DNA of 64,000 bases from Toensbergia leucococca (Eukaryota), in the NCBI GenBank assembly GCA_022813965.1, contig JALDZS010000023.1, positions 124,001-188,000 of the forward strand, written 5' to 3'. This document shows, piece by piece, positions 59,652 through 64,000 of this stretch. The position numbers and the translations under genes are program-made. Each line of letters begins with the position of its first letter. Position 1 is the stretch's first letter. The notes below the pieces were generated by a model. It searched no databases, was not told the DNA's origin, and saw nothing but the letters and a program-made list of their open reading frames with translations.

Positions 59652-62462
59652 ATGAGACTCGTCCTGGGAGCACTGAATTTCTCGAGGTTCGTGACATTGA
59701 CGACGGTCTTCTCCTCCCCAACGGGTATGGCCCTCCTTGACCTGCAACTGAGAAAGGTATGTCTGAAGTATGGAGCTGAAGTCGGCAATACGTTCCTCGA
59801 GGACTTCGTAAGAGTAGGGGCCGGGAAAGGCAGGAAAGACTGGTGTTCTTGCCTGGGATACAGCCAGGACGGCGAAGGTGCGGGAACGAACGACGTCCCA
59901 CAGATTCTGTAGTTGATCGAATGTAATTTGACTCAGAGGACGTGAATCAGAGCATTTGACAAAAAAGCTGCAAAGATTCCAAAAACACTTTTTCAGGAAT
60001 GATCGAGAACGTTTCGCAAGATATCTAAAGATATAAAGGATGACGTTCAAGTTACACAAGACTTTTTGGAGGTTAGGAACAAATCTGTCGACATTGCACG
60101 GGAGGACAGTGGTCAAATAGTTGGCGGTGAGACTGATGAAAGGCAGCAAAAGGATGATGACACTCGCTACCGAAGGCGGTATCGAACGGGACTAGAAGGA
60201 AATCCTTGGGAGGGTGCGGCTTGACCGGGGAGAAGGGATGGTACGCTAAGACATGGATAAGGTACTCATTCAAAATAGAGTAACAGGTAAATGTGAAGCC
60301 AGGGCAGGGCAGGGGGCCTGGCGGTAGAGTACAAGCTATGAAGGTATCTGTACATGTGTCAGTTGTACTAATTTCCGGGAAACCAGTAGCCAGAAGTTAG
60401 TGGTTGGTAAGGTACCTATCTTTCCTGTACCTACCTGGCCTAGTTAGTGGCCAGTGAGTGTTTCGCGTTCGCCCAGCCCGCAGGACCGGCATGCGCTATG
60501 CTAGCCTTCAGCTTTGGAAACGGGATCGCTTTGCACGGATTGCCTACACCTATCTTTGCGACAGCCCAAGAAGGCCAGGGCGTCTCGGCGTACGCTGGAG
60601 GCTGCTGGATTATTGGGCATGTAACATTTCCCAATTGAGCTGTCTCCATGTATCTCTGTATCCCCACTACCGAACAGGCACGGTACATGTACGTGTACCA
60701 AAAGTTGAAGGGGAGTAGGCAGAAAATGAAAGAGAAGGAGAATGAGAAGGCTCCACCGGCTGAATTATGACGAATAACTAGAGTAAGCGTCCCGCCCTGT
60801 CTCTTGCATCGCATACATGCAAGGCGGAACGTAAAAGAAGGAATACTGTCAGAATCATCGAGAGATTAACTGACAGCTTCCGATACGCATTAACCATTAG
60901 ACCTGGATCATTGAAATCGACAATGCCACCGAGCCTTTCCTGGTGGGTAGGATGGTCATTTTAAACCCCTGGCTAGCTTGCGGTTGCTCACCTGTCGGCG
61001 TCGTTCCAGGGCTGATGATCTTGAAGATGGTAAAACCTAGATCAAGATAGAGTAGTACCTCGATATGGAGCAGGCTCTTCTGGGTCCGAATGAGTCGGCA
61101 TGCTCATTGCCACTTGTTCCTGGACAACGTCATGCTACATAGAACACCGGCGATCGCAGGCTTGATCAAGTACCTTACCATGAACTGGTGATGGCGGTTC
61201 GTCGGTCAGTGCCTCTATACGGAGTAGCGTTCGTAGGATTCAACGAGATAACAAACAGCAAATAGTACCTAGGTGCTACTTGAGACACGGTACGTACATA
61301 CCTACCTACTCCGTACTCGCGTGTTTCGCACAAAGGCCAATTGTCTGCAGCGCCACGTGGTCCGGGACCCCTGCCACGTGCATGATCGGTCATGTTATTA
61401 AGGAGGGCGACATATGACAGGTTGAGAGGCGGCGGCAGTGCGAATCCTTTTCTTGACAGCGCAGCCTTGGTCGGGCGACTGGTACTCCTCATGCTGCCAA
61501 CGCACAGGTACATCACTGCCTGACATCCAACCTGGCCTTACCTACTTAGACGGAGACTCCCAATCGAGCCAAGGCAAGGTATGTGCGTGGCTCCTGCCGT
61601 TGTTCAGACTACCTACCTATCAAAGTACCTCTCTAGTGGAGCTAGTATGCATGGTGCACATGCATGTCGTGCTTCAAGGCAAGCCTTGGTCTGAGGAATC
61701 CATGCATTCCTAAGGTAATTATCTTACGGAATATCCTCCCAGCATTGCCTGTGACAAAAGTCAGGCGACACACCATGTACACATTGTCACTGTCACAACT
61801 GACGCAATTCATTAAGATCAGCGACCTTGATCTTCAACTCCTTGTTTCATGGAACAAGATGCACCACCCAACAGATTCCGGCCTAGCTAACGTACCGGAA
61901 GTCTGGTCAAGATCAACTTGCCAACCGACCCCCCTTCGTAGCAAACTATTATGTAGGTACTAAGGTAATATTGCCTGCCTTGGAGCCGCCCCTCGTACTT
62001 TGACGAATGGGTTGAAGCTGGGATAGCCTAGCCAGCCAAGGTCCGTCGGCATCGGGCTGCCGATGCCGCGCAAGATAGAATAATGAAGCCAAGGTCTTGG
62101 AGGCTGCTAGACCTCTCATAACAGCCACACAGTCGTTGGAACTATCTCTGATGCCACTTCCATTCCTTACGTTTAGCTGCATCCCATCCGAGACTTACTA
62201 TGAATCAAGAGAAAACGGGTCAAACAATCTTTCATGCCCATATCCAATGCAATTGTAATGAGAGGACATGGCAATTTCAAAAAAGTTGATTTGGAGCCTG
62301 GTAACTTGATAGTCACCGTTATCGAAGTGCTAAACAAGCTCGCAAGATACCTACCTAGGTTCCAACCACGTGTAATGCCAAGGAAATCAGAGTCTGCCAC
62401 ACGACATTAGAATGAACAATTTGATTGTATTCGTGTGTGGCAGCCACCGACTACCTACGTTG

Positions 62463-63603
62463 TCACCATCTTTTAAATTTGTTTACAGAGAGCCCTATTA
62501 TGCCCACATTCACCTTGAACAAATTTCCCGCATACTTGGTCGATTGATATTCCTTCGGATTCTCCTCTGATGCAGAGGTAATGAAAAGATCCTCTCCAAC
62601 AAACGCTGGGCAAGTGATGCACCGCGTTGGGAGAGATATTTCACCAACAATCTCCCCTTGGGGCGATATCCGAAGAACTCTACCACCACCAAAGACGGCC
62701 GTCCAAAGACAACCATCGCTGTCAATAGCAAAGCCATCCGGAGCCTCTTCTTCCTGCTCAACATGAAAGAAGGTCCTTTGATTAGAAATGTCACCACTTA
62801 GGGCATCATAGTCGAATTTGAAGATGCTCTTTGTCGCTGAGTCGGTAAAGAACATGAATTTGTCATCGGCACTCCAACCAATACCTGATTTACGTTTTAG
62901 TCTATTCTCACCGATCATGATATATCGAAGGATACCATTAGGGATTGTCACTTTATCAATGACTCGGTGCAGCTTCATGTCCGGGTCCAGACGGAAGAGT
63001 ACGCCTTCATCACTTGGGGCTTTGACTTTAGGATCATTCATAGCGCCAGCCCAGAATCTTCCTTGACTGTCTACAGCGCCATCGTTCAGACGCATCCTAC
63101 AATTCTCTTGTCAGCAAAGTTTCGACGTACAAGGTCACAGATTACCAATAGACCTCTCTTCTTTACCAAGTCCATCTCGCTCGTCCCAGATCTTCTTGAT
63201 ATATTCGAGTCTCCCTGTCTTTCGATGGAGAACAGCATATCCACATTTTGCACCTACTACAATCTCCTCATCGATGTTCTCAATATCTGCCGTGACGCTA
63301 CAATTCAAGATCAGCACTGGTGCAGACTTTGAGGGTGATCTCTGACCTAACAGCAGCATCGAGGTCAAAGGTCTTCAATGATGATGGCCCCTCGTCGAGG
63401 TCAATGACATGCAGTTGTTGCTTGGCGATATCTACAAAGCGGAGAGAGTGAGAAGTTTTCTCGTAAAAGGGTGCCTCTCCTAGAGCACAATCCAGGTCCA
63501 GGTAGGGCTTTTCAGTTTTGAGCGAGTCTCAGTCGGGTGATGAAACTTGGACAGGCTGCACCAAACGCACCTCGCTGACGATCCAATGCTTAACATCTGC
63601 CAT
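62463..63603 (-). CDS. SMP-30/gluconolactonase/regucalcin family protein (5 exons)
   Basis: LGEAPFY, RLNDGAVDSQGRFWAGAM, IPNG|IGWS, PDGFAIDSDGCLW and ITCPAF motifs. Confidence 0.92.
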
Positions 63604-64000
63604 TTTGCTAATCTACTTCCTCTTTGCAGAAGATTTCGGTAATGCAAATAGAGTGACTACCTTAGTGTGAGGTAGGCTTGCAGATCTACCTATTGATGTC
63701 ATTAGTAAATCCAAAACCCCGCCATGCTCCTTCTTCTTTCCCAATTTCTACAGAAAGGTTGATAGCACATGCAGCCAAGTGTTCTGCAAACCTGCAATCT
63801 ACCATGCCTGAGTAAACATCTATCAATTAGGTCAGCCATGAACTGCAGATGCAATCCTTCAGCTACGGAGTTTCGCACGGCTGATGTGCATGACTTGCAG
63901 CTTGTGCTACTTTGACCCTTGCGAAATCACAAGCTTGCATACTGCGCCACGAAATTGAATGATTGATGCTCCTGCATGAACGAGGCACAACTTGTTCTTG

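Overview
Eukaryotic, intron-rich, gene-dense DNA from a filamentous ascomycete (Pezizomycotina; the class cannot be fixed from sequence alone). About 24 protein-coding loci are present, mostly housekeeping: RPN2 3' end, MPDU1, MED8, cytochrome b5/acyl-CoA dehydrogenase, cupin, F-box-like protein, CAB4, DCAF7-type WD40, ATG28-like, TGL4-type patatin lipase, SPT5, Ral2-like kelch protein, DUF3020 protein, SWP1, SDR, amidase, PLB, bZIP and regucalcin. Most supplied ORFs are exon fragments or antisense shadows, so I rebuilt gene models by eye from GT..AG and branch signals. Highlights: (1) abrupt C-rich to G-rich switches inside CDSs, mostly at the 3' ends of convergent gene pairs; (2) a SesA-NB-ARC-TPR NLR immune gene with a frameshift just before the P-loop, a TA-flanked MITE in intron 1 and a piggyBac-like mini inverted repeat upstream; (3) a 724-bp TA-flanked TIR element with a hairpin at its centre; (4) a bZIP leader with uORFs and a 166-codon stop-free in-frame extension; (5) a frameshifted Cys-rich membrane protein; (6) seven intergenic TACTCCGTA copies. 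No rRNA, tRNA or CRISPR was seen. All homology calls are from recalled motifs, not database searches.
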